This document shows, in pieces, positions 1 to 10,764 of a stretch of DNA of 44,434 bases (position 1 is the stretch's first letter; each line of letters begins with the position of its first letter). The stretch spans positions 1 through 44,434 of the forward strand of contig VGDA01000001.1 of the NCBI GenBank assembly GCA_016869915.1, given 5' to 3'. Both the position numbers and the translations under genes were made by a program. Below the pieces are notes generated by a model. The model had not been told where the DNA came from and did no database searches. It worked only from the letters and a program-made list of their open reading frames with translations. This DNA comes from Alphaproteobacteria bacterium. Lineage in GTDB: Bacteria > Pseudomonadota > Alphaproteobacteria > CACIAM-22H2.

Positions 1-7
1 AGCGGCG

Positions 8-559
8 ATGCCGGAGCTTCCGGCGGCGCATCTCGCGCTCGGGCTCTTCGCGGCCATGTCGGGCGACGCAGTCGCCGCCCGGCACCTCGATGCCTTCCTG
101 CGCAGGCCCGCCTCGGAGCGCGCGCCGGTGGCCTCGGCCGCCGCGCTGCAAGCGCTCGCGATGGTCACGCTGCGCGAAGGGCCGGATGGCGCGCGCCGCC
201 CGGCCGGCATGGCGCTCCTCGACCGCGCCGCCGCCCAGACGCCACGCGATCCCTCCGTGCTCGCGCTGCGCGCGGTGGCGCGAATCGGCGCCGGCCGCGC
301 GCTAGCCGCCGTGGAGGACCTGGAGGCGGCCCTTGCCCTCGACCCGACCTGGGGGCGCACCCGCGCGCTGGTCGGCGCGTTGCGTCGCGCCGGGGACCAG
401 GGGCCGCCGCGCCTTGCCGAGGCGCTGGGCCTGCGAAATGCCGACGTGCGCCGCAAGCTCGACGCGCTGCATGCGCGCGCTGGCGGCGGCGCCGCGCCCG
501 CCGAGGGCGGGCGCAGGCTGGTCGACGACATGCAGCGCCTCTTCTCGCCGCCGCGCTGA
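8..559 (+). CDS. hypothetical Ala/Arg/Leu-rich helical-repeat (TPR-like) protein, probably a C-terminal fragment cut by the window edge
   Basis: ORF 8..559. The frame stays open back to position 2, so the true start may lie upstream of the window. Repeated helical segments such as LALDPTW and AAQTPRDPS resemble TPR repeats. No catalytic motif recognised. Confidence 0.4.
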   Translation: MPELPAAHLALGLFAAMSGDAVAARHLDAFLRRPASERAPVASAAALQALAMVTLREGPDGARRPAGMALLDRAAAQTPRDPSVLALRAVARIGAGRALAAVEDLEAALALDPTWGRTRALVGALRRAGDQGPPRLAEALGLRNADVRRKLDALHARAGGGAAPAEGGRRLVDDMQRLFSPPR

Positions 560-571
560 GGCGGCGCGCGG

Positions 572-2986
572 TCAGGACGCGTAGTCGCCCTTCGGCGCGA
601 TCACCTCGCGCTTGCCGACATGGTTGGAGGGGCCGACCACGCCCTCCTTCTCCATGCGCTCGACGATGCGCGCCGCGCGGTTGTAGCCGATCTGGAAGTG
701 GCGCTGGATGAAGCTGGTCGAGCACTTGCGCTCGCGCGCGACCAGCGCGACGGCCTTGTCGTACATGCCGTCGGCGTCGCCGTCCTCGTCGCCACCCGAG
801 CCGTGGGGCGCGGTAACGCCGGGGATGCCGCCCGCGTCCTCGACCTCCTCCGTGACCTCCTCGACATAGGCGGGCTCGGCTTGCGCCTTGAGATGCGCGA
901 CCACGCCCTCGACCTCGCGGTCGGAGACGAAGGGCCCGTGCACGCGGGTGATCCTGCCGCCGCCGGCCATGTAGAGCATGTCGCCTTGGCCGAGCAGCTG
1001 CTCCGCGCCCTGCTCGCCGAGGATGGTGCGGCTGTCGATCTTCGAGGTGACCTGGAACGAGATGCGGGTAGGGAAGTTCGCCTTGATGGTGCCGGTGATG
1101 ACGTCGACCGAGGGGCGCTGCGTCGCCATGATCAGGTGGATGCCGGCGGCGCGCGCCATCTGCGCGAGGCGCTGCACCGCCCACTCGACGTCCTTGCCCG
1201 CGACGAGCATCAGGTCGGCCATCTCGTCGACGATGACGACGATGAAGGGCAGCGGCGTGAGGTCGATCGGCTGCTCCTCGAAGACGGGCTTGCCCTCCTC
1301 GTCGAAGCCGGTCTGCACCTTGCGCGTCAGCACCTCGCCCTTGCGCTTCGCCTCGACCAGGCGCGCGTTGTAGCCCGCGACGTTGCGCACGCCCAGCTTC
1401 GACATCGAGCGATAGCGGTTCTCCATCTCGCGCACGACCCACTTGAGCGCGACGACGGACTTCTTCGGGTCGGTGACGACCGGCGCCAGCAGGTGCGGGA
1501 TGCCGTCGTAGACCGAGAGCTCGATCATCTTCGGGTCGACCATGATGAAGCGGCAGCTCGCCGGCGAGTGCCGGTAGAGCAGCGACAGGATCATGGTGTT
1601 GATCGCCACCGACTTGCCCGAGCCGGTCGTGCCGGCGATCAGCAGGTGCGGCATGCGCGCGAGGTCCGCGACGACGGGCGCGCCGCCGATGTCCTTGCCC
1701 AGCGCGAGGCTGAGGGCGAGCGGGCCGAGGTCCGCGTCGCGATCGGAGAGCAGCTCGCGCAGGTACACGGTCTCGCGCGAGGCGTTGGGAAGCTCGATGC
1801 CGATGACGTTGCGGCCGGGCACGACCGCCACGCGCACCGAGATCGCGCTCATCGAGCGGGCGATGTCGTCGGCGAGCCCGATGACGCGGGAGGCCTTGGT
1901 GCCGGGCGCGGGCTCGAGCTCGTAGAGGGTCACGACCGGACCCGGCCGCACCTTCACGATGCGGCCCTGGACGCCGAAGTCGTCGAGCACCGATTCGAGC
2001 AGGCGCGCGTTCTGCGCCAGCGCGTCCTCGTCGACCGACGCGTTGCGCTCCTCCGGTTTCGGCATGCGCAGTAGCTCGAGGCTCGGCATGTCGATGGTGC
2101 CGTCGCCGAGGTCGAGCGCGGCCTGCTTCCGTGGCGCGCGCTTCGGGCGCGCGGCGGCCGGCGGCTCGGCGCGGCCCGGCGCCTCGACGAGCTCGCGCGG
2201 CGAGGGCCGCGGCGCGGGCGGCGCCCCCCCGGGCGCCTCCCCGGCGGCTGGCGCCAGCATGCCGGGCTCGCGCCGCTCGCGGCGGCGCTCGGCCCTGTCC
2301 TCGGCGCGCAGCCTGCCCGGGTCGCGCAGCCGCAGCCTCGGCACCAGCCGCGCGGCGCGGCGCGCCAGGCCCGACGCCGCGGCCAAGCCGGTGGCGACGC
2401 CTTGGGCGGCGGCGCGCCACTCGATCCAGGTGACAGCGAGGAGGAAGACGAGGGCGGCAGCGGCGAGCGAGCCGGCGAGCGCGGAAAGCCCGGCAGCGCC
2501 CAACCCGAGGTCCTGCATGGGCGAGAGGATCCAGGCGAGGCACAGTCGCCCCGCGATCCCGCCGAGCCCGACATCGAAGGGACGAGGCCATCCCGCGGGC
2601 GCCTGCAGGAAGGCAAGCGCGGTCGCGGCGCAGAGCACGGCGAGCGGCAGCAGCGCGAGGCGCGCCCACCAGAGCGGCAGGCGGTGGACGCGCACGAGCC
2701 GGAAGCCCCAGGCGAGCAGCACGAGCGCCGGGATCGCCGCGGCGAGGCCGAGCGACTGCAGCGCGACGTCGGCGACGGCCGCGCCGGGCAGGCCGAGCAG
2801 GTTCGAGGCCGGCCTGCCGAGCGCGTGGTTGGGCGAGGGGTCGAGCGGCGAATAGGTCGCGAGCGCGACCGCGAGGAGCACGGCGACCACGATGAGCGCC
2901 GCCCCGGCCGCCTCGATGGCGCGGCGGCGGAAGAACTCCCCGCTGCCCGCGGGGAGCCATTGCCGGCGGATGGCGATGCTGCTCAT
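572..2986 (-). CDS. ftsK: DNA translocase FtsK
   Basis: Start set at [10 protein letters not shown] (ATG complement at 2984..2986) inside the longer ORF 572..3583. N-terminal TM helices, Pro/Ala/Arg-rich linker, motor domain with Walker A GTTGSGKS and DEMADLM, and a C-terminal gamma winged-helix ([21 protein letters not shown]). Confidence 0.95.
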   Translation of the reverse strand: MSSIAIRRQWLPAGSGEFFRRRAIEAAGAALIVVAVLLAVALATYSPLDPSPNHALGRPASNLLGLPGAAVADVALQSLGLAAAIPALVLLAWGFRLVRVHRLPLWWARLALLPLAVLCAATALAFLQAPAGWPRPFDVGLGGIAGRLCLAWILSPMQDLGLGAAGLSALAGSLAAAALVFLLAVTWIEWRAAAQGVATGLAAASGLARRAARLVPRLRLRDPGRLRAEDRAERRRERREPGMLAPAAGEAPGGAPPAPRPSPRELVEAPGRAEPPAAARPKRAPRKQAALDLGDGTIDMPSLELLRMPKPEERNASVDEDALAQNARLLESVLDDFGVQGRIVKVRPGPVVTLYELEPAPGTKASRVIGLADDIARSMSAISVRVAVVPGRNVIGIELPNASRETVYLRELLSDRDADLGPLALSLALGKDIGGAPVVADLARMPHLLIAGTTGSGKSVAINTMILSLLYRHSPASCRFIMVDPKMIELSVYDGIPHLLAPVVTDPKKSVVALKWVVREMENRYRSMSKLGVRNVAGYNARLVEAKRKGEVLTRKVQTGFDEEGKPVFEEQPIDLTPLPFIVVIVDEMADLMLVAGKDVEWAVQRLAQMARAAGIHLIMATQRPSVDVITGTIKANFPTRISFQVTSKIDSRTILGEQGAEQLLGQGDMLYMAGGGRITRVHGPFVSDREVEGVVAHLKAQAEPAYVEEVTEEVEDAGGIPGVTAPHGSGGDEDGDADGMYDKAVALVARERKCSTSFIQRHFQIGYNRAARIVERMEKEGVVGPSNHVGKREVIAPKGDYAS

Positions 2987-4215
2987 GCGCGCGACGTCCC
3001 GAGCCGGTCGAGCACCTGGCTCATGCGCGTGAGCGCGATCTCGGTGGCCTCGAGTTCCTGCACCAGCGCGATGCGGACATAGGGCTTGCCGAAATTGCTG
3101 CCGTCGGCGGCGGGCTTGGTGAGGTAGGCGCCGGGCAGGACCTTGATGCCTGCCTCGCTCCACAGCGCGCGCGTCGCGGCCTCGCCGTCGCCGACGTCGA
3201 GCCAGAGGTAGAAGCCGCCGGCGGGCTGGTAGAAGCCGTGGCGGCCGCCGAGCAGCCGCGCGGCGATCTCGTACTTGCGCGCGTAGAGCGCGCGCGTCGC
3301 CTCGACATGCGCGTCGTCGTCCCAGAGCGCCGCCGCCGCGTCCATCACCGCGAGGGGGGTCGAGGCCGCCTCGTAGACGCGCAGCCGGTTGAGCATCGCG
3401 ATGGCGTGCGGGCTGCCGGCGACGAAGCCGGAGCGAAGGCCCGGCGCGGAGGAGCGCTTGGACAGCGTGTGCGAGACGAGGAGGTTGTCGAGGACGTGGC
3501 CATGGGGGCCGGGGCCCAGCGCCAGCGCCGCCTCGATCGCGCCGGCTGGCGGCGCGGGCGTGTAGTAGAGCTCGCAGTAGCATTCGTCCGCGACCAGCAT
3601 GAAGTCGTGGCGCCGCGCGAGCTCGAGCGCCTTCTTCCAGTAGGCGAGGTCGGCGCAGGTGCCCTGCGGGTTCGACGGGCTGCAGAGGTAGAAGACCTGC
3701 GTGCGCCGCAGGGTTTCCTCCGGGATGGCGTCGAGGTCCGGAAGCCAGTTGCTCGCCGCGCTCGTTGGCAGGAAGACCGGTTCTGCGCCGGCCATCGCGG
3801 CGGCGCCGAAATAGACCTGGTAGAAGGGGTTCGGCATGAGCGCGAGCGGCTTCGGCCCGCCCTCGCTCTGCGTCACCGCAAGCAGCGCGACCATGAACAG
3901 GCCCTCGCGCGTCCCCGCGACCGGCGCGATCTGCGCATGCGGGTCGAGCGCGGAGGCCGGCACGCCGTAGCGCCGGCGCAGGAAGCCCGCGCAGGATTCG
4001 CGCAGGCCTGGCGTGCCGACGACTGGCGGGTAGAGGTTCCAGCGCTTGCGGTCGCCCGCGATGATGTCGATGGCGAAATCCGGCGGCTGGTGCTGCGGCT
4101 CGCCGATATGCAGCATGATCGGGCGGTCGTTGCTGCGCGGGTCGTTGCCCTTCAGCAGGTCGGCGAGGCGCTGGAACGGGTAATCGTTGAGCCGTTCGAG
4201 GCGGGCATTGATCAT
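2983..4215 (-). CDS. PLP-dependent class I/II aminotransferase (DapC/AspC-like)
   Basis: Start set at [17 protein letters not shown] (ATG complement 4213..4215). PLP-lysine motif [16 protein letters not shown]. Its TGA stop overlaps the ftsK ATG (ATGA at 2983..2986). Confidence 0.8.
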   Translation of the reverse strand: MINARLERLNDYPFQRLADLLKGNDPRSNDRPIMLHIGEPQHQPPDFAIDIIAGDRKRWNLYPPVVGTPGLRESCAGFLRRRYGVPASALDPHAQIAPVAGTREGLFMVALLAVTQSEGGPKPLALMPNPFYQVYFGAAAMAGAEPVFLPTSAASNWLPDLDAIPEETLRRTQVFYLCSPSNPQGTCADLAYWKKALELARRHDFMLVADECYCELYYTPAPPAGAIEAALALGPGPHGHVLDNLLVSHTLSKRSSAPGLRSGFVAGSPHAIAMLNRLRVYEAASTPLAVMDAAAALWDDDAHVEATRALYARKYEIAARLLGGRHGFYQPAGGFYLWLDVGDGEAATRALWSEAGIKVLPGAYLTKPAADGSNFGKPYVRIALVQELEATEIALTRMSQVLDRLGTSRA

Positions 4216-4419
4216 GGCGGGACCGGCCGGGGCGAGGACGCGGCGCTGGAACCCCTCCCGGGCGCCGCTGGAAAACGGAAGCGAATCAATCCTATCGGCC
4301 GTCTCCTTGAAGCACAAGTCGAGCTATCGGCACCGCCATATGTCGTGGGTGGGTCCCGCGTTCCCCACGAAATCCCCGAGTCGCGTGAACGAAGGAACGA
4401 AAAGCGTACACTCCAGACG

Positions 4420-4457
4420 AAAACCGCCCGGCGCGCGGGGGGCTGCGCGCCGGGCGG
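4420..4457 (-). terminator. rho-independent terminator downstream of amtB
   Basis: Perfect 13-bp GC stem (4424..4436 pairs with 4445..4457) with an 8-nt loop. On the minus strand it is followed by TTTT (plus-strand AAAA at 4420..4423). It begins 16 nt after the amtB stop. Confidence 0.75.
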
Positions 4458-4472
4458 TCGACGGCGGGACGA

Positions 4473-5822
4473 TCAGTGGATCGTCTCGCCGTGCAGCGCG
4501 ATGTCGAGGCCGTCGCGTTCCTGCTCGTCGCTGACGCGCAGGCCGATCGTCGCGTCGACCACCTTCAGGATCGCGAAGCTCGCGATCGCCGAGTAGGCGA
4601 TGGTGAAGGCGACGGCGACGACCTGGATGACGACCTGGCCGGCATTGCCCTCGAGCAGGCCCTGCGAGCCGGCCGGGGTCGCCTCGGTCGCGGAGAGCGC
4701 GCCGACCGCGAAGACGCCGGTGAGGATCGCGCCGACGATGCCGCCGACGCCGTGCACGCCGAAGACGTCGAGGGAGTCGTCGTAGCCGAGCTTGCGCTTC
4801 AGCGCGGTCGAGGCCCAGAAGCAGACGAGGCCGGAGACGACGCCGATGACCAGCGCGCCGCCGGGCATCACGAAGCCGGAGGCCGGCGTCACGGCGACGA
4901 GGCCGGCCACCGCGCCGGACACGATGCCCAGCACCGACGGCTTCCCTCGCGTCGTCCACTCCGCGAACATCCAGGACAGGGCCGCGGCCGCGGCGGCGAC
5001 CTGCGTCACCGCCATCGCCATGCCGGCGCGGCCGTTGGCGGCCGCGGCGGAGCCGGCGTTGAAGCCGAACCAGCCGACCCAGAGCAGCGAGGCGCCGATC
5101 ACCGCGAGGGCGAGGTTGTGCGGCGCCATGTTGTCGTGGCCGAAGCCACGGCGCTTGCCCAGCACGATCGCCGCGACGAGGCCGGCGATGCCCGCGTTGA
5201 TGTGAACCACCGTTCCGCCGGCGAAGTCGAGCGCGCCCGAGGCGAAGATCCAGCCCGAGGGATGCCAGACCATGTGCGCGACCGGCGCGTAGACGACGAC
5301 CAGCCAGACGCCCATGAACCACAGCATCGCCGAGAACTTCATGCGGTCGGCGAAGGCTCCGCAGATCAGCGCCGGCGTGATGATCGCGAAGGTCATCTGG
5401 AACATCATGAACACGACCTCGGGGATCGTGGTCGCGACCGCCGCGTCGCCCGTGCCGAGCGTGAAGGGCTTGTCCCAGCCGATGCCGGAGAGCAGCACGC
5501 GCGAGAAGTCGCCGACCAGGCTGCCGCCGTTGCCGAAGGCGAGGCTGTAGCCGACCACCATCCACAGGATCGTCACGAGGCTGCAGATCGCGAAGGACTG
5601 CATCATCGTCGACAGCACGTTCTTCTTGCGCACCATGCCAGCGTAGAAGAGCGCGAGGCCCGGTATCGTCATCATCAGGACGATGGTGGTCGCGGTGAGC
5701 ATCCATGCCGTGTCGCCGGCATCGATCTTGGCGTCGGCCGCCCAGGCCGGGGTCGCGGCCAGGGCTGCTGCGACCGTCGCGAGGCCGGCGCGTGCCGGCA
5801 GTCGGGTCGAGGTCGTCATCAT
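4473..5822 (-). CDS. amtB: ammonium transporter (Amt family)
   Basis: 449-aa ORF with an N-terminal signal-like segment and multiple TM helices. Typical Amt motifs (DTAWMLTATTIVLMMTIPGLALFYAGMVR, FAGGTVVHINAGIAGL, DVFGVHGVGGIVG). Lies downstream of glnK. Confidence 0.95.
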   Translation of the reverse strand: MMTTSTRLPARAGLATVAAALAATPAWAADAKIDAGDTAWMLTATTIVLMMTIPGLALFYAGMVRKKNVLSTMMQSFAICSLVTILWMVVGYSLAFGNGGSLVGDFSRVLLSGIGWDKPFTLGTGDAAVATTIPEVVFMMFQMTFAIITPALICGAFADRMKFSAMLWFMGVWLVVVYAPVAHMVWHPSGWIFASGALDFAGGTVVHINAGIAGLVAAIVLGKRRGFGHDNMAPHNLALAVIGASLLWVGWFGFNAGSAAAANGRAGMAMAVTQVAAAAAALSWMFAEWTTRGKPSVLGIVSGAVAGLVAVTPASGFVMPGGALVIGVVSGLVCFWASTALKRKLGYDDSLDVFGVHGVGGIVGAILTGVFAVGALSATEATPAGSQGLLEGNAGQVVIQVVAVAFTIAYSAIASFAILKVVDATIGLRVSDEQERDGLDIALHGETIH

Positions 5823-5891
5823 GTCTCTCCTTAGTGGCGTGGCCTTCGACGCGGGGGAAACGCCGCCTCGGGCCGTCTCGTGATCGGGGGA

Positions 5892-5907
5892 CTCAATTTC
5901 CGTGCCA
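5892..5907 (-). promoter_or_regulatory. candidate sigma-54 (-24/-12) promoter for amtB
   Basis: The minus strand reads TGGCACG-GAAA-TTGAG, against the consensus TGGCACG-N4-TTGCW. The -24 GG element is perfect, but -12 reads GA instead of GC. It sits about 70 nt upstream of the amtB ATG. Confidence 0.5.
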
Positions 5908-5966
5908 GCGACGCTTTGCCGCCGGGACTGGGGTTTTCCGCCCTCGGCGCATGCGTCCGGCAGATG

Positions 5967-5983
5967 TGCACAATAAATGTGCA
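5967..5983. promoter_or_regulatory. candidate NtrC-type enhancer site (17-bp dyad)
   Basis: TGCACAA-TAA-ATGTGCA has perfect TGCAC/GTGCA arms (TGCAC-N7-GTGCA). It matches the enteric NtrC consensus TGCACCA-N3-TGGTGCA at 11 of 14 arm positions. It lies in an AT-rich patch of the glnK-amtB spacer, about 60-75 bp upstream of the sigma-54-like element. Confidence 0.5.
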
Positions 5984-6023
5984 GTACTGGCGGGGAACAC
6001 GAGCCTATTTTCCGGGCAATCGG

Positions 6024-6437
<414 letters not shown>

Positions 6438-6501
6438 CTCGCCGCGGGCCGCCGCGCGGAACTGGACAGGCGACCGCGCGCTGCTGCAGTTTCCGCGAGC
6501 C

Positions 6502-7752
6502 ATGGACGCTGCGCGCGAGACGATGCCGACCGGGGAGGATTGCGACGTCGCGATCGTCGGCGGCGGCCTCGTCGGGCTGAGCCTCGCCCTGGCGCTGGCC
6601 GGGGCCGGGCTTCGCGTGGTCGTGGTCGACCGCGAGGCACCCGCGGACGCCGGCATCGACGACGCGGATGGAAGGTCCTCGGCCATCGCCTGGGGCTCGC
6701 AGCGCGTCCTCGCCGCGATCGGCGCCTGGGACCTGCTCGCGGCCGATGCCGCCGCGATCGAGGACATCCGCGTCTCCGACGGGCGGTCGCGCCTGTTCCT
6801 GCACTACGACCATTGCGAGGTGGCCGACCATCCGCTCGGCTTCATCGTCGAGAACCGGTTCACGCGCCGCGCGCTGAAGGCCTGCGCCGCGCGCGCGCGG
6901 TCGCTGCGCTGGCTGGCGCCGGCGCGCGTCGCGGGCTTCGGCCAGCGTCCGGGCGCGCGGGTCGTCGAGCTCGCCGATGGCCGGCGCATCGCCGCGCGCC
7001 TGCTCGTGGGCTGCGACGGCAAGGCCTCGGCCGTGCGCTACGCCGCCGGCATCGGCGCCTTCCGCCACCGCTACGGCCAGTCGGGCATCGTCGCGACGCT
7101 GCGCCACGGCAAGCCGCACGCCAATGTCGCGCATGAGCGCTTCCTGCCCGCAGGGCCCTTCGCGATGCTGCCGCTGCCCGACCGCGACGGCGCGCATCGC
7201 TCCTCGATCGTGTGGACGGAGCGCGAGGCGCTCGTGCCGGCGCTGATGGCGCTTGGCGCCGACGAATTCGCGGCCGAGGCGCGGCGGCGCTTCGGCGACT
7301 GGCTCGGCGCGCTCTCGCTCGAGGGCCGGCGATTCGCCTATCCGCTGGAGATCGTGCAGGCCGACAGCCTCGTCGCGTCGCGCGTCGCGCTCGCCGGCGA
7401 CGCCGCGCATGCGATCCACCCGATCGCCGGCCAGGGCTTCAACCTCGGCCTGCGCGACGTCGCGGCGCTCGCCGAATGCGTCGTCGACGCCGCGCGGCTC
7501 GGCCTCGACATCGGCGGCGGCGAGGTGCTCGAGCGCTACCAGCGCTGGCGGCGCGTCGACAACATGTCGCTGCTCGCCGTCACCGACGTCCTCAATCGCC
7601 TGTTCTCGAACGACCTGCCGCCGCTGCGCGCCGCGCGACGCCTCGGCCTCGCGGCGGTCGAGCGCGTGCCGCCGCTCAAGCGGCTGTTCATGCGCCACGC
7701 GATGGGCGTGGTCGGCGACTTGCCGCGCCTCGTGCGCGGCGAGGGGCTCTGA
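6502..7752 (+). CDS. FAD-dependent ubiquinone-biosynthesis hydroxylase, UbiH/UbiF/VisC/COQ6 family
   Basis: Start at MDAARETMPTGEDCDVAIVGGG (ATG 6502; alternative ATG 6523). Dinucleotide fold DVAIVGGGLVGLSLALALA and family motif GDAAHAIHPIAGQGFNLGLRDVAAL. Confidence 0.85.
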   Translation: MDAARETMPTGEDCDVAIVGGGLVGLSLALALAGAGLRVVVVDREAPADAGIDDADGRSSAIAWGSQRVLAAIGAWDLLAADAAAIEDIRVSDGRSRLFLHYDHCEVADHPLGFIVENRFTRRALKACAARARSLRWLAPARVAGFGQRPGARVVELADGRRIAARLLVGCDGKASAVRYAAGIGAFRHRYGQSGIVATLRHGKPHANVAHERFLPAGPFAMLPLPDRDGAHRSSIVWTEREALVPALMALGADEFAAEARRRFGDWLGALSLEGRRFAYPLEIVQADSLVASRVALAGDAAHAIHPIAGQGFNLGLRDVAALAECVVDAARLGLDIGGGEVLERYQRWRRVDNMSLLAVTDVLNRLFSNDLPPLRAARRLGLAAVERVPPLKRLFMRHAMGVVGDLPRLVRGEGL

Positions 7753-7756
7753 GCGC

Positions 7757-8752
7757 CTAGGCCCTGTCCTCGCCCTCGCGCCAGCCCAGCGCGTGGCCGA
7801 CGACGCGCGACACGAGCGGGCGCTGGGCGAGGAAGGGCAGGGGCCGGCAGGCGTGCATCGTCGCGATGCCGAGCCGCGCGACGCGCATCCCGGCGAAGGC
7901 CCCGACGCCGAGCCGCGCCGACACGGTGCCGGCCAGCTTGTGGCCGAGGCCGCCGATCGCCTCCGCGGTCAGTTCGCCGAGGATGTCGGCGCCGGCAACG
8001 CCGGCGGCGTTGGCGAGCACGCGGCGCATGAGCGCCAGCGCCACCAGCCCGCCGGGACGGAAGCCGTAGCAGCCCGCGACCTCGCGGATCATGCGCAGCG
8101 AGCGCAGCGCGACGATCACCGCGTCGAGCGCGACGAGCGGGCTCGCTGCCGTGCCGATCGCGCAGTCGCGCGCGGCGCGGCTCACCGCCGCAAGCGCGGC
8201 GCGGTCGAGCTCGGGCATCGCCTCGCGCTCGAACAGCGCGAGCGCGTCGGGCGCCGCGTAGCCGTCGGTGGCCATGGCCTGGAAGCGCGCGAGGCCGGGC
8301 CCGGCGCCCGGCGTCGCCGCGAGCTGGCGCGCGACCTCGCCGAACCAGGGCTCCGCGGCGCCCGCGCCGCCGCTGGCGAGCAGCCGCGCGGCCTCCTCCT
8401 GCAGCGCCTCGACGCGCGCGATGCGGCGCAGCTCCGCGACCTCGCCGCGCGCCCAGAGCGCGCCGGCGCCGATCGTGGCTATGCCGAGCGCGCCCGACAG
8501 CCATCCCAGCACCGGCGAGATCGCCGCCGCGGCGGCGACCGCGCCCGCGAACTGCACGCCCGCGTAGGCGACGATGCAGGCAAGCAGCAGCTGGAGGAAG
8601 CGGCGGCGCCAGCGCGCGGGGCGCGGCGCCGGGACGAAGCCGTCCTCCGCCGGCAGCAGCGCGTCGGGCGCGGCCACTGGCGCCGCCTTGCGCCGCGGCA
8701 CGAAGTCGCCGGGATCGTAGAGGCCAGGCTCGATCGGTCCGCGCTGGTTCAT
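7757..8752 (-). CDS. ycjF: YcjF-like membrane protein (UPF0283/DUF697 family)
   Basis: Start MNQRGPIEPG (ATG complement 8750..8752) overlaps the ycjX stop as ATGA. Central TM hairpins and a conserved C-terminal region (ALDAVIVALRSLRMIREVAGCYG). Canonical pairing with ycjX. Confidence 0.75.
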   Translation of the reverse strand: MNQRGPIEPGLYDPGDFVPRRKAAPVAAPDALLPAEDGFVPAPRPARWRRRFLQLLLACIVAYAGVQFAGAVAAAAAISPVLGWLSGALGIATIGAGALWARGEVAELRRIARVEALQEEAARLLASGGAGAAEPWFGEVARQLAATPGAGPGLARFQAMATDGYAAPDALALFEREAMPELDRAALAAVSRAARDCAIGTAASPLVALDAVIVALRSLRMIREVAGCYGFRPGGLVALALMRRVLANAAGVAGADILGELTAEAIGGLGHKLAGTVSARLGVGAFAGMRVARLGIATMHACRPLPFLAQRPLVSRVVGHALGWREGEDRA

Positions 8753-10152
8753 CGCAGCCAGTCTCCAAGGAGCAGGTCGAGGGCCTTGTCGAGGTTGACG
8801 TTTGGGAAGGGCCTCGCCGCGTGGCCGGAGAGGTCGGGCGGGGCGAACTCCGCGTAGACGAAGCCGCCCGCGGGCCAGGCCTCGCGCGCCGGCGGCTCCG
8901 GCGGCACGTCGCTCGGCACCAGCATGCGCGCGACGTCGCCGGGATGCTTGAGCTTGCCGCAGATGGCCGCGCGCTGGGCGTCGTCCCGGCGCATCCAGCC
9001 ATCCTGCGTCGCGCGCACCGCCGCCACCACGTCGAAGCGGAGCATCTCCTCGTCGATCGCGCCGGCCCAACGCGTGCCGGCGAAGCGCCCGGCGACGAGC
9101 TGGCGCAGGTTCAGGTACTGCGTCGTCGTGACGTGGTCGGCCTTGGTGGCGAGCACGAGCACGCGGTCGATGCGCGTGCGCAGCCGGTCGAGCAGCGGGA
9201 CGCGCCGGTAGCGGAAGCTGGCCAGCGCGGCCTCGAGCGCGCCCGCCGCGTCGGCGAAGACCGCCTCGCCCGCCGCCAGCGCGCCGATCGCGTCGAACAG
9301 CACGACCTGCCGGTCGAGCCGCGCGAAATGCGCGCGGTAGAAGGGCTCGACCACCTCCTCGCGGTAGCGTGCGTAGCGCGCGGCCATCGCCGCGTGCAGG
9401 GCGCCGCCCGCCATGCCGGCGGGAAGCGGCGCGGGCGCGAATTCCGCGGCGCCCGCCTGCGGCACGACGAGGCGGCCGGGCTGGAGATGTCGCAGCCCGG
9501 CGGCGGCGCATGCGGCGAGGAGCTCGCCATGCGCCTCGACGAGGCCCGGCGCCGCGCGTGCATCCGGCGCCGCGTCGCGCGCGCGCGCGAGCCATGCATC
9601 GACGGCCTCGCGGCACGGCGCGCCCTCGGCGCCGAGGCGTGCGAGCGCGGCCGCGCTCCACGCCGCGTAGTCGAGCTGGAGCAGCTCGAGGTCGAGGAGC
9701 CACTCGCCAGGGTAGTCGACGATGTCGAGCACGACCTCGTCGCCGGGGCGGTGCCGGCGCGCGAGCCTGAGGCGAAGCCCGCAGAGCGCGCGCGTGGGCT
9801 CCGGCCAGCGCGGCGGCTCGGCCGTCAGCCCCTCGACATGGCGCGCAAGCGGGAAGGGCGGCAGGTCCTCCAGCCGCTCGACCGTGGCGGTCCAGCCGCG
9901 CGGGCCGAGCGCGCCGGACAGGAGCGGCATCGCGCCGGGATGGGCGCCGCCGTGGTGCAGCGCGTGGACGAGCGCCGTCGTGAACACGGACTTGCCGGCG
10001 CCTGAAAGCCCGGTGATGCCGATGCGCAGGTGGTTGCGGCCGAGCGCCGCGTTGCCGGCGCGCCACGCCTCGCCGGCCTTGCCGCCGAGCCAGGACGCGG
10101 CGCGGCGGAGCTCGTCGAGCGTCGGTGGCCGCAGCGCCTCCACGCCACCCAC
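8749..10152 (-). CDS. ycjX: YcjX-like P-loop NTPase (DUF463)
   Basis: 467-aa ORF with a GTG start at 10152. Walker A GITGLSGAGKS and the DYPGEWLLD motif typical of YcjX. The exact start is uncertain. Confidence 0.8.
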   Translation of the reverse strand: MGGVEALRPPTLDELRRAASWLGGKAGEAWRAGNAALGRNHLRIGITGLSGAGKSVFTTALVHALHHGGAHPGAMPLLSGALGPRGWTATVERLEDLPPFPLARHVEGLTAEPPRWPEPTRALCGLRLRLARRHRPGDEVVLDIVDYPGEWLLDLELLQLDYAAWSAAALARLGAEGAPCREAVDAWLARARDAAPDARAAPGLVEAHGELLAACAAAGLRHLQPGRLVVPQAGAAEFAPAPLPAGMAGGALHAAMAARYARYREEVVEPFYRAHFARLDRQVVLFDAIGALAAGEAVFADAAGALEAALASFRYRRVPLLDRLRTRIDRVLVLATKADHVTTTQYLNLRQLVAGRFAGTRWAGAIDEEMLRFDVVAAVRATQDGWMRRDDAQRAAICGKLKHPGDVARMLVPSDVPPEPPAREAWPAGGFVYAEFAPPDLSGHAARPFPNVNLDKALDLLLGDWLR

Positions 10153-10158
10153 GCGCCG

Positions 10159-10545
10159 TCAGCGCGCCCGCGCCGGCGGATCGCGGCTCAGCCCGCGCGC
10201 CTCGAGGCTGGCGAGGTACTCGGACCAGACCTTGTCCTGCGTCTCGCCGAGCTCGCGCAGGTACTGCCACGAGAAGATCCCGCTGTCGTGCAGGTCGTCG
10301 AAGCGGATGCGGATCGCGTAGTTGCCGACCGGCTCGAGCCCGAGGATGCCGACATGCCGGCGCCCGGCCACCACCTGCTTCTGCGACGCGCCATGGCCCT
10401 GCACCTCGGCCGAGGGGCTTTCCACGCGCAGCAGCTCGGCCGGGTAGGAGAAGCTGCGGCCATCGTCGAAGGCGACCTCGAGCCGCTTCTCCGCCTTGCG
10501 CAGGCGGATCTCGACGGGCCAGTGCCGGGTCTCGAAGCCGGTCAT
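10159..10545 (-). CDS. DUF971 protein (gamma-butyrobetaine hydroxylase-like N-terminal domain)
   Basis: 128-aa ORF. Family-like pattern LEVAFDDGRSFSYPAELLRVESPSAEV...GNYAIRIRFDDLHDSGIFSWQYL. Confidence 0.7.
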   Translation of the reverse strand: MTGFETRHWPVEIRLRKAEKRLEVAFDDGRSFSYPAELLRVESPSAEVQGHGASQKQVVAGRRHVGILGLEPVGNYAIRIRFDDLHDSGIFSWQYLRELGETQDKVWSEYLASLEARGLSRDPPARAR

Positions 10546-10556
10546 CGCCGCGACGC

Positions 10557-10754
10557 TCAGCCGGCCTCGTCGAGGCGGCGCGCCTCGTCGACCAGCATGA
10601 TCGGTATGCCGTCGCGCACCGGATAGGCGAGCCCGGCGGCGCGGCTCACGAGTTCCTGGCGCTCGCGGTCGTAGTGGAGCGGCTGGCGCGTCGCCGGGCA
10701 GACGAGGATCTCGAGCAGCCGCGGGTCGATGCCGCCTTCGCGCGTCGCGTCCAT
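10557..10754 (-). CDS. Trm112-like small protein (UPF0434/YcaR)
   Basis: 65 aa, with LLEILVCP...L...........[11 protein letters not shown] typical of Trm112/YcaR. Confidence 0.75.
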   Translation of the reverse strand: MDATREGGIDPRLLEILVCPATRQPLHYDRERQELVSRAAGLAYPVRDGIPIMLVDEARRLDEAG

Positions 10755-10764
10755 GGTACCGTCC

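Noticed and set aside
165-2960. 931-aa ORF antisense to ftsK. Similar long antisense or out-of-frame ORFs occur at 5893..7698, 17649..20528, 20525..22708, 22870..25119, 24302..26713 and 15510..17597.
   Set aside because: Their translations are low-complexity Arg/Ala/Gly/Pro-rich strings with no recognisable motifs. Each lies opposite or out of frame with a gene that has clear family signatures. Long stop-free shadow frames are expected in very GC-rich DNA.
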